A stretch of DNA of 64,000 bases from Callorhinchus milii (lineage: Eukaryota), in the NCBI RefSeq assembly GCF_018977255.1, contig NW_024704742.1:72666001-72730000 (forward strand). The letters are read 5' to 3'. Position numbers and translations under genes: made by a program. The notes beneath the pieces are model-generated. The model was not told where the DNA came from and did no database searches. It saw only the letters and a program-made list of their open reading frames with translations. The stretch's first letter is position 1; every line of letters begins with the position of its first letter. Shown here piece by piece: positions 13,501 to 24,415 of the stretch.

Positions 13501-13514
13501 ACAAGTATTCGCCT

Positions 13515-13960
13515 GGTTCAGTTGATAGCACTCTCACCTCTGCCAGAAAGTTTTGGGTTCAAGCCACTCTTGGAGGAGTGCTGCATTTTCTGAGGTGCCA
13601 TCCTTCAGATGAGACATTAAACCTAGGTCCTGTCTACCTATTCAATTGACTGTTAAAGATCTGATCGCATTATTCAAAAAGAGAAAAAAAATTCTTCTTA
13701 TTTCTAGTGTTCCAATATCTAGTGTTTCAGGACATGCTCCTGACATGAAAGGTGCTGTATAAATTGAATTTGTTGTCCTGGCCAACAACACCCAGGTGAA
13801 AATTGGTCATTCACTTCAATGCTGTTTGTGGAACATTATTGAGTATAAATCTGAAGGTGTTTGCCTGCAAAATACACTCCACTTTACCATAAATACCATA
13901 AGTGAAGCATATTGATGTGTTTAGACAAAGTGATAATGTATTTAATCAAATGTATTTATT
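13515..13960 (+). mobile_element. Deu-domain SINE with a nested L2 tail (~13730-13775)
   Basis: Head TCAGTTGATAGCACTCTCACCTCTG...GGGTTCAAGCC; Deu block GTGCTGCATT...GAGGTGCCATCCTTCAGATGAGACATTAAACC. Confidence 0.75.
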
Positions 13961-14626
13961 ATATCATGTATCAAGGTTCTGTGTAAATCCAATTAGATAA
14001 CCATTGTTACACTTCGAATTGGAAAAAACACTTTGGGGAAAAACTAAGTTACTATGATCTGAATAAGAAAGTTATCCACAGGAAGGAATCAAAATTTTAT
14101 AATGCAAAAGGAGGCTATTCAGCCCAAAGTGCCATACACAATTCAGTATTATCAACAAGCTAATTTAATATTCCTTAATTTGATACTGTGTCTTTCATAT
14201 AGGAGGCCATTTCAAAATGGTTCATCGGGTACACAGTAAAATGTGAGGACAGTGTAAAATGTGTTTAAATAGAGAGCAAAAAAATCATGCCTAAGAAAAT
14301 AATGTTTTAATGTGTACATCACCTTAAATAGTGCACTCATTATCACCAGTACTTCACACAAGCCTTGGGTTATTCAAAACATCCATTTAAAACAAGTTTC
14401 AAAGAACCAAACCTACATTTGTGCTCAGTATTCTTCCACGTTTTAACTGTATAGCACAAAGAAGGTTTCACAAACCTCACTAAGGAATGTGTTACCAAAA
14501 CTCCAGTAGCATCATTACCTTTGGATTTTCATGCAGTCACAAACAGCAGAATTTTAAATAGGCTTAAACCTCTACATACATATCTAGATACACATGTCAC
14601 AGTCTGACACACTACACACTTGTCAT

Positions 14627-14790
14627 TCACATTGCATCAGCCCGGAGAACAAACACTGTTATTCTGCTGTTAAATATTTCCTGTAGGGACCTGCAACCCA
14701 GAGAAAAGAATGCTGCTCCCGCATATGCCCAGCACAAATAGGCTCCGATAGCAAATGAAACAAGTAAGAGTTTTGTATTATTTGAATAGT
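14627..14790 (-). other. Candidate exon, product unrecognised
   Basis: Acceptor ttttatttgcgattgtctagtctttcag|AC; one open frame gives DYSNNTKLLLVSFAIGAYLCWAYAGAAFFSLGCRSLQEIFNSRITVFVLRADAM* with a hydrophobic TM-like stretch; unique DNA. Confidence 0.25.
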
Positions 14791-15429
14791 CTGAAAGACT
14801 AGACAATCGCAAATAAAAAGGGGATGTTTTTAAAGTGGTATTAGGTTTTCAAGAACTACCTCAGAAGTACAGGTATTCTTATTTCAATAGAAATTAGTTA
14901 GAATAATACAATAGGGGACTAATTGTTACTTTAACTGCCGCGTTGAAAGGTTTATAAATCTGAAAGAGAATTTAGATTTTTTTTGGATACAGTATGCCAC
15001 ACTACTGAACCCTAGGTACCATGGTACAGCAGCCTCCAAAACCCCTCCACCTGTTTTACTCCAAGCTTTTCATCCAGTAGATGCTCGCATATCACATAAA
15101 ATTTATAAAGAGCAGAAGTCCAAAAATCAATTCCATTTGAAATTTACAAAACCATTTTAAAAAATAATTTCCATAAAAACCAACCAATAAATATTTTGAG
15201 ACCGCTCTAATTTTTAAAGGAAGAAGCTGCTCGTAAAAATGGGAAGTGTTCAGTTGCCATTAATGGCTTCTATCCTTCATACATTTTGTGATCAGCATTT
15301 CAGGAAAGTAAAATATAGTGCTGTATGGTTATGTATGTTCATTATTGCACTGGTATTTTCTGGACTTTACTCTCTTGAAACCCCAGCCAATGGACAGCTA
15401 CACTCCCAATAAAATGCAAGAAAACAGAA

Positions 15430-16330
15430 CAAAAATACACATAAACATAAATGATTTGGATTCAGGTATAGAAGGTGTGGTGTCAAAATTTGCAGGTGAC
15501 ACCAACCTGAGGGACATGGTAAACAGTGAAGGAGATTGAAGAAGACTGCAGGAAGGCATTAACAGACTGGCACAATGGCCAGATTGTTTGCAAATGAAGT
15601 TTAATGTAGGAAAAGCCAAAGTAATTAGCTTCAGTAGGAAGAATAAAGAAGCTGCCTGTTGTCATTAATAGAAACCCAAGAGGAGTAGGGGAGCAAAGAG
15701 ATCCGGGAATTCAGATTCACAAATCTCTATATGTAGTTACACAAGTAGATAAGGCTATAAAAAAAGGCAGTGGGGTCTTTGGCTCCAGCGGAATAGAATA
15801 TAAAAGTGAGGAGGTTATGTTAAATTTATATAAACCTTGCTTAAACCACATTTGGAGCACTGTGTCCAATTTTGGTCTCCATAACTATAAGGATTTAACA
15901 GCAATGGAAAAAGTACAGAGTAGGTTTATGAGAATGATACAAGGACTATCAGAATAGATTGAATAGGTTAGGCCTTTTTTCACTGGAGAAGAGATGTTTA
16001 AGGGTGGACCTATTAGAATTGTTTAAAATTATTAAGAAGGGCTCAATAAGGTTAACATAAATAGGCTATTTCACTTGTTGGGGAGTCGATAACCAGGAAA
16101 CACAAGTTTAAGATTGCAATTAAGGGATCTAAAAGAGAGTAGTGAGATTATGGAGCTCGCTGCCTGAAACAGTGGTTGAATCAGATAATATAGATGCATT
16201 CATATGAGGGAAAGGGGAATAGAAGGGTATGAGAGGGAAAAAGGAATGGGTGACAACTTGTGTGAAGCATTAACTCCAGCATGGACTGATTGGGCCAAGT
16301 GGTCTGTTTCAAGGCTGTATAGTCTTTGTG
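15430..16330 (+). mobile_element. CR1 LINE 3' part (RT C-terminus to tail)
   Basis: INDLDSGIEGVVSKFAGDTNL, CCACATTTGGAGCACTGTGTCCAATTTTGG (PHLEHCVQFW) and a CR1-type tail. Confidence 0.88.
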
Positions 16331-17769
16331 AAATATTAGAAAAATGGTCTCTCTAGCAAAAAGTGGAGTGTTGAGTATTTCCTAAATAATCATCCCATTG
16401 CCTAGACTGTAAAAGAATGATGGTTTTAAGGTTCTTTCACCCCATTTCATTTGATCAGAGGCAAATAAGTCACAGAATCCACTCAACTACAGCAAAAGAT
16501 GAGCCTGATCGACACAGAGAATTTCAGTGTTTCAAACTACTTCTCAGGAAGACAGAATTTCCAATCCGAACATTAATAGTTCCAATTTTGCCTGAAATGC
16601 TCAGCCAACCACAGTGAGCATTTCACCTGAAATGGTCACATTTAAGGGAAGATAGTTTTTTAAATTGAATTGAACAAATTGGCAGCGAGTCAAAAATGTG
16701 CCAGTTAGCCATGCTTAAAAAATCTAGGTGTACCGAAATAAAATAATAATTCTTGCATTTGATACAGTGCCTTATCACGTCTTCTAAACATCTCAAATCT
16801 CTTCACAGAATATACTGTGAAGTGAATTGACTGTTTTTCCTGAAAAAAAATGGCATTATTTCTCTACAGGGAGATGATCAGAAAGGTGTGCCCCATTCCA
16901 ATGGTAACAAGTTATATCTCTAATCTACTGGCCTTTCAACCACTTTACAGTAAAATTGCTAACCGCATTTCACTGGGTGCAATCCTGAGTGCACTTGATT
17001 TGGTGGATAAACCACCCATTCTCCAAGCAGCAGCCAAACTGTGTGCATACAATGGGTGATAGTTGGACATTCAAATTGGTCATAAAAAAATAAGCAATTA
17101 TTGTAGTAAAATAAATCAGAGATCTTAAAATCTCACAGATTTTACGATTCTCATGAAGGCAGTAATCCAGATGGCAACACAATATTAAAAGGCACAAAAG
17201 CCTTCAACATACTGCAGTTAATGTGCCAAGCAAATTTAAAAATTGCTGCACAAGACACTCACTTTGCTGCCCAAGTTAAGCATAACCATTATTTGAAGCA
17301 GAGATGCATCAGTCCATTTACATTTAGATTTAAGTAGGTCAGCTTGGCATTTAACATTAAGCAATTCTGAAGCCAGGTAATCTAATTGCCTCCAAGGCCA
17401 CAGTGGTTGACAATTCTGGATTTTTTTTTACAAACTAAGAAAATGTTGTCAGCATATATGTGCATTATTGCAAACTAAATCATAAAAAGATCACTGTAGC
17501 CCGGCTGAACTCCAATTATTTTCAAGTGCAAGTTCTAACCAGGCAATGCAGCTTGTGGTCTGAAAAGAAACTGGCAATTACATGAGTAATTACTTTATTT
17601 CAGCCATAGAATAATGCTTGAAAATTTAGATACATTATACAGGGTGACCAAAAAATCATGATATCTACCATATTATCTTTAAAAAAATCATAATTTCTTT
17701 AAGACGTATTAGACATTGTAATGGTATCACAATGTTTTGGTCCCCTGAAGAATGTTTAGTGGTACAGAC

Positions 17770-18100
17770 AATAACAAACCTTTCATTTGATTATAGCGCT
17801 TTATCACATCAACAAAACATCTCAAAACTCCACAGGATTCATTTTAAAGTGTGATGACCATGTACTTGTGGGTAAACTAGTTTCACACAACAATATCCCA
17901 ACAACATCATGAAATGATAGATTAATTATTATCTAGGGAATTGCTGGCTGGGAGAACAGGAGGAATTCCCTTTTTGAAAGTGTCATGGAATCTTTAATGT
18001 ATACTTAAACAGGCAGATTTGAACAGAACCTCAATTTGTCTCATACGAAGAACAGCATTTCTGACAACACAGCACTGCATTACGCTGAAGTTGGCTCTAG
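17770..18100 (-). mobile_element. Deu-domain SINE, degenerate
   Basis: Tail CATTTGATTATAGCGCTTTATCAC and block TGTCATGGAATCTTTAATGT...AGGCAGA...CTCATACGAAGAACAGCA. Confidence 0.65.
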
Positions 18101-18210
18101 AATTGCAAAGCTTAATTTTCTGCTTTGGTAAATTTGACTCTGAGATCTAGAATAGTTCTAAATAAATTCTCCCAACTCACCACTCTGTACACATTGAACT
18201 TCTTTCGGAG

Positions 18211-19077
18211 AAGCTGAACAAGGTAAGTTACAGGAGGATTTGAATATACATGGGAGTTAGGCAGATTGGTGGCAGATGAAATTCAATGTGGAGAAATGTA
18301 AAGTACTTCACATGGGAAAAAAAGTCCTGGAAGGGACTATTATTCGAACGGAAGGAAAATAATATATATGGAAAATGAAAAGGACCTGATTGAGTCCTGA
18401 TTGACGATAAATTGAAGCTCGCCCAACAATGCTCTGTGGCAATGAGTAAAGCAAACCAGATGTTGGAATATATCAAAAGATCAATAGCAAACCAAAAAAG
18501 TGGGGTAATGCTGTCACTATGTCCTGCCATTGTTGAGATTATACTGAAGAGTACTGTGTACAGTTCTGGTCGCCACAGTACAAAAAAGATTTTGGAGAAA
18601 TCAAGAAGATACAGAGGAGGGCAACCAAAATGATTGAGGGAATGGAGGGACTGGACTATGAAACTGGGCATGTTCACACTGGAAAAGAGAAGATTGAGAA
18701 GTGACATGATTGCTGTCTTTAAGATTCTAAAGGGGCAAAACAATATAGATCATGACAGGCTGTTTGAACTTGTCCAGAATAGTAGAACCGGAACCAGAGG
18801 ACACGGCCTGCAATTGAAGTGGGGTAAATTCAGAACGAATCTACGCAAACACTATTTCAGTGAGCAACTAGTGAACTGTGGAACAGGCTCCCTAGGGAGA
18901 CGGTTGAAGCAGGAAGTGTTGATTCTTTCAAACACAGATTAGATAGTTTTCTTTTCGGAAATAATATTATGGGATATAGTACAAAGGTAATTTAGGGCAC
19001 ATGTGCCTGCGACTGTTAGGAAGGCGAATCAGATGGACCTTGGTCTTTTTTTGTCGAGCATTTCTTATGTTCTTATG
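18211..19077 (+). mobile_element. 5'-truncated CR1 LINE
   Basis: [16 protein letters not shown] and LGMFTLEKRRLRSDMIAVFKILKG; tail GATGGACCTTGGTC...TTCTTATGTTCTTATG. Confidence 0.92.
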
Positions 19078-19514
19078 ACTGCCTCAGTAGCTGTTTCCGC
19101 GTCCAGTACAAGCAGAGGTCAACATAAAGCAATTAAATGTTGTCCAGTAACACATTTACTTACAAAAATGTCCATTTGTATTAAGAAACCCCTAGTAACA
19201 GTCCAAGACCCTGGTACAGAATTCGGCCAAAGTCAAAAGCGAAAGGCAATGACAAGATTAAAAAGTGAAAATGTGAGTTTGAACAGCCTATGGATTGTAA
19301 AAAAAAATTTTCACCTCTTGTACCCTAGTCTAGAAATCGAGACAAATAACAGCCTCCCAGAATTTTTAGAGTAATAGTTCAATCTCAGGCAGTCTTGAAT
19401 GTTGAAAGAGCTCAGAATTGGCGGGGGGAATGTGCACCACTCCCGGGATAAGCAAAAAGCAGCACCATGTACTAACAAGCTGGTAAGAACTGCAATGAAA
19501 ATAAGTAGACTCAC

Positions 19515-19565
19515 CATCCAGGTTACGTCTCCAGCCACTTTACATCCTGTAACAACTGGATGCAT
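19515..19565 (-). other. Candidate internal exon (51 nt) of an unidentified minus-strand gene
   Basis: Strong sites ctgatctttttttag|ATGCAT...TGGATG|gtgagt; length divisible by 3; only phase 0 is open (MHPVVTGCKVAGDVTWM). Confidence 0.4.
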
Positions 19566-20484
19566 CTAAAAAAAGATCAGTATCTCTGTGTGGAGTGCAT
19601 GTAGAGCATTGGCATCACTTCTGCAAACTTAAGAGATTCCATTTGCAGAAATAACTTTGGTAGCTCATCTATGTACTTCATCAAACTAACAAACTCAACT
19701 ATCAGTTTCCCAGAATCATACAGTAAGGAATCTGGGGAAGATAACAGTCTATCCACAGTTACTGATCTGCATAATGAAATCTATTGACTGACAATTGGTC
19801 TCTTCTGCATTTTATGGTCTCAGACGAGAATACTCAAGTGTCCTAATACTGTCATGCTCTTTCATACATGCAATGTAAAAAGGTATTAGCTTCTCACTGC
19901 CAAGATGATTATAGACTGAGAAAAAATGTAATTACTTCCCATCTTTAACAACTGTGCGATTTCCCTGTAAAAAGATAGATTTTCAAACCTGTATCCTCAC
20001 TAAGCATACCCATTGCCAGTGACAGAACTGCTGGGTAGATTTGAACTCTGTTGCATCATAAACCTCACAAGCAGAGATTAACGAAAGTAGAATTTAACTA
20101 GCACTTCAAGATTTATGGCAGATTTACATTCTCGTAGTACTAGAGCTAAAAACATTTATATTTGCAAAAATAGCCCAGTTGAAAGCCTGCTGTGTGATTG
20201 TCACAGTTAGTAAATTGTGTGTTAAAAGCTGCACATTTTGACCTCAGTCAGAATCGGTCTAGGCTACGTAGCAGATTCACATGAAGCAGTTTTGATCTCT
20301 GCCTGGCTGTGCAAGAAAGGAAACCTCCACGCACATGTTGGCTCTAGTAACCGAACACCACCCAGGCCATGAACTAAATCAAAGCAGCTGTAAGTATAAA
20401 TCCGGGGAGATCACATTAACCTCAGATCATCCCGATTCAAACTGAGTGCAGTCACTACATAGGGCTTGTCCAAATAAAGATCTT

Positions 20485-20552
20485 ATCTAGCCCCACTCTT
20501 CACTCCCAAAAGAAACACATCTAGCCCCACTCTTCACTCCCAAAAGAAACAC
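20485..20552. repeat. Perfect 34-bp tandem duplication
   Basis: ATCTAGCCCCACTCTTCACTCCCAAAAGAAACAC occurs twice, head to tail. Confidence 0.95.
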
Positions 20553-20789
20553 AAATGTTTGCATAGTCTGAGGTGGTGTAAATGCTGCATCATCCAGGTG
20601 GCAATCACAACCTCGACACAAATGTGGTGTTAAACCCCAGCATTCTGCCCAGAACTCAAATAGTGCTTGGGTATCCCTGTCCTTGGTAGTCCCATTCACT
20701 AAAATAGAGGGACAAGGGAAAGGTTGGAGACCTGGTCCAGTTAATAAAAAATTGAGGATAAAGGTTATATTACCCTCTATTATTCTCTA

Positions 20790-21240
20790 AATGACCAGGG
20801 ATGAGGGTCTTCAATTATGTGAGACTGGAGAAGTTGGGATTATTCTCCTTAGAGCAGAGAAGGTTAAGGGGAGATTTAATACAGGTGTTCAAAATTATGA
20901 GGGTTTTTTGATAGAGTAAATAAGGAAAAACTGATTCTACTGGCGGGTGAATTGGTAACCAGAGGACACATATGCAAGATAATTGGCAAAAGAACCAGAG
21001 GGGAGATGAGGATAAAATTCTTTGCACAGCGAGTTGTTACGATCTGGAATGTTCTGCCTGAAAGGATGGTGGAAGCAGATTCAATAATAACTTTAAAAGG
21101 GAATTGGTTATTTACTTGGAAAAAAAATTGCAGAGCTATGGGGTGAGAGCAGGGGAGTGGAGGTTGTTGGATAGCTCTTTCAAAGAGACAGCACAGGCAC
21201 GATGGGCCGATTGGCCTCCTCATGTACGATTCTATGATTC
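20790..21240 (+). mobile_element. CR1 3' fragment
   Basis: TRGH...FFAQRVVTIWNVLPERMVEADSI and a tail ending GATTCTATGATTC. Confidence 0.88.
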
Positions 21241-22194
21241 TTGGTTTTACAAAACAAGTGTAATACTGTTGCTGTAGAGCAGATCGTAGTTCAGCAGTCA
21301 CTTAAACATTTGTTCCACTCATTCAAAAACGTTCTGGTATATAGAATTTAAACAAAGAAATAAAAGCACCTTACAAAAAGAGATATACAAATTTCTAAGT
21401 GATGGTGAACTCTATTGCTACAAATTGTGTAGCTACTGTATTAAAGGTCTATAGTTACAAGACATCAATTCCATTTCTCTAAGTAGCAGAAATCTGGAAA
21501 CGTATCTCCAGACACAAGCATCACCAGCAGTAATTTCGTTGTTTCCACTCGGCTTCTGAAACCAGAGAAAAACAGTGAACAAAATTCATAGTTGCTTCCC
21601 TTAAACCTACAGTAAGAAACTGTTCCAGACTGTTACTGATGTACAATGTTGTAGCCAGTATAACATATTGTCTAAATGACCATCTATATATTCACATTGC
21701 CATTAAAGGGAACCAAATAAAGTCTTCATAAATCTATTTGTCTTCAAGCCAAACCAGACAGGCTTCAGGACAAATCAAACCTTGCCATACAGTTATGAAA
21801 AGTTTAAGTCACTGTTGTAAATGCATTGTTCTATCCTACAGGATAAGTTATTTTGCTCGATTGTATAAAAATACAGACAGTGGGTCCAAATTGCGGCCAT
21901 TGCTTTATTACTGTACTTAGTATGCAAATAATTTAGTGCAGTGAATGTTTGAGAAGCACCAATAGCTACAATCACCCACAGCAACTAAAATGAAGCAATG
22001 CTCTGACTTGGATGGAGCTGAAGGGTGTTGAACAAAATAAATACAGTAGGGTTACTGCGTCAAATAAATGATCATTTCCAACATTACAAACCATATATTT
22101 CGAATGGCTATTTTCTACATTATGAGTTCCAAGACTCATCCTGCTTTCGGGAGTGGGGGGGGAGAAAGAGGCAGAGTTATTTTATATTACTTAT

Positions 22195-22510
22195 TATTAT
22201 TACACCTATACAACAACAAGAGGATGTCTCAAAATCACTTTGCAAGATTTACTGTAAAGAGTGGTGACTATTTTGTAGGCTGACACAGCAGACAAGTTGT
22301 GCACCACAATGTCGCACAAAGTGCCATGAAGTGAGTGACCAATTTTATCCAGGTACTGGGAGAAACTCCCTTCTCTTTTTGAATAGCGCCATGGGATCTT
22401 TAATTTCCATCAAAACAGGCAGATGGACCTCGGTTTAATGTCTCATCCAATGGACAGCATCTCCAACAATGCAGCATTCCCCAGCACTGCTTTGGAATGC
22501 CAGACTATTT
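22195..22510 (-). mobile_element. Deu-domain SINE
   Basis: GCCATGGGATCTTTAA...GGACCTCGGTTTAATGTCTCATCC...TGCAGCATTCCCCAGCACTGC. Confidence 0.75.
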
Positions 22511-22889
22511 TTTTATAACAGCCTTGGGAAGTCTCCCCCATTTGGTTTCCACTGACAATCCCAACAGAATCCAAACCCTTTTTGAGGCTGGACTTAAAAG
22601 GTGGAACAATACAGAGTTTACTCTTTAGTCTCATCTCCTCTTATTGAAAGTAGGAGGTGCTACAGATAAGCAGGTATGGGTTTCCACAAAATCTGACTAA
22701 GTTAGACACAGAAATGAAGCTAAACAAGCAAGGTTACACATCCAAATAAATAATTACAAGAAACAAAAGCAGATGCAATTGTTACGAAAAGGAATCTCAA
22801 GCTCCAGTAATTCCAATGAATGAAGGTCAGAAATGTGATGTTACATATGAACTAACAGATGTCAAGATCAAAGAGAGATGGTTACAAAA

Positions 22890-23625
22890 CCAACAACAAA
22901 ATTACATTTGTATAGCGCCTTTCACGTTGGGAGGATGTCCCAAGGTGCTGGACAGTCAGTGTTTCTGACCCAAGCTGGGGGTCGGGATCGGCGAGGGTGG
23001 AGGCCAATAGGGGAAGAAGGGTGGTCGAAAGCATGGTTGAAGAGGTGTGTTTTGAGATGGGTCTTGAAGGTGACAAGGGAGGGGGCGAGGTGGAGGCACT
23101 GCAGGATGGAGTTCCAGAGTGTGGGGGCAGAGTGGCAGAAGGCCCACCTGCCAATGGTGATGCAGGCGAAGCAGGGAACGTGAAGCAGGCTGGAGCCCAC
23201 GGAACGGAGGGAGCGAGCAGGATAGTACGGGATTAGGAGGTTGCAGAGGTAGGGGGGAGCAATGGAAGGCTTTGAAGGTGAGGGCCAGGATCGTCAGCTG
23301 TATCCTCTGTATAATGGGAAGCCAGTGGAGTCGGGGGTGATAGGGTCACTGAGCCTGGTGAGTGAGAGGACACGGGCTGCAGAGTTCTGGATGATCTGCA
23401 GCCTACGGAGGGAGGAGTTGGGGAGGCCGACAAACAAGGAGTTTGCATTGTCAAGCCTCGATGTTATGGATTTGTTTCAGCGGCCTGTGTTGTGAAACAG
23501 TGGCAGAGCCGGGCGATAGTTTGGAGGTGGGGAAAGGCAGAGTGGGTCATAGCACGGGTGCGGGGTAGAAAGGATAGTTGAGGTTCAAACAAGGTTCCGG
23601 ACTGGCTCAGTGAGGTGGAGTGTGC
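22890..23625 (-). mobile_element. L2 3' fragment
   Basis: IGRWAFCHSAPTLWNS...FKTHLKTHLFNHAF plus L2 tail. Confidence 0.88.
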
Positions 23626-23914
23626 ATATTTTATTGACAAGAGGGAGGTGCAAGGACCAGGAACATTTTTAAAAAAAAATTGATTGCAAAAGGCAAATGC
23701 ATTTCCTTAAAAAAAATCCATTTCAAAAATTATTTACATTTATAAAACATATGGGCCATCACAAGCCTTGGTTATAGGACTTTTAAATCTTCAATTAATA
23801 CACTATTTGCTCTGTTTGAAAACAGAGGTAAAACTCAAATGAACCATCATGCTTAAGAGTATCCAAACCAGACTGAGTTCCACATCGTTATGCCTTCTAC
23901 GCATGGAAAACATA

Positions 23915-24415
23915 CTCTATCCATGGAGGTATGACCCCTGCTTACCCAATTCCAGAGTGTTAGATGCAGGTTGGCAAAAGCCATGGCTTGGGGACCCCAT
24001 AGTGCGGGTTGGGATATTGCTGGACTTCAACAAGCTAAAAATAAATAGGATGCCATTGAGAGCACGGTCTGGCAAGCTTCCCACAGTGTCCAATCCTGCC
24101 ATCATCTGAGATGCTATGCTGTGTGAAGGACGCTATATAAATGCATGTTGTTGTTGCTTGTCCAGCTAAAACCACTCTACCCGGTAGGGGTTTGGCTTGC
24201 AATGGTTAACAGGAGCTGAGTGGGAATAATCCCTGCTCTCAGTGACTGCTCTGCCTCTCCAAGTCCTGTTGATGAGTCAGGCTGGCTGCACTGCCATCAG
24301 CAGTGTACAGTACTGCAGGCCGCCTCACCGAGGAGCTGGGCTACTGAGAGTCATAAGATTGACTCAATTCTGACATACTGTTACCAAACACGTCGCCTTG
24401 GAAACAGCCCAGTTC
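23915..24415 (-). repeat. Unclassified interspersed repeat, copy 1 (short L2 tail nested at ~24083-24154)
   Basis: Its reverse complement aligns by eye with 28170-28430, 44255-44465 and 50070-50570. Confidence 0.75.
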
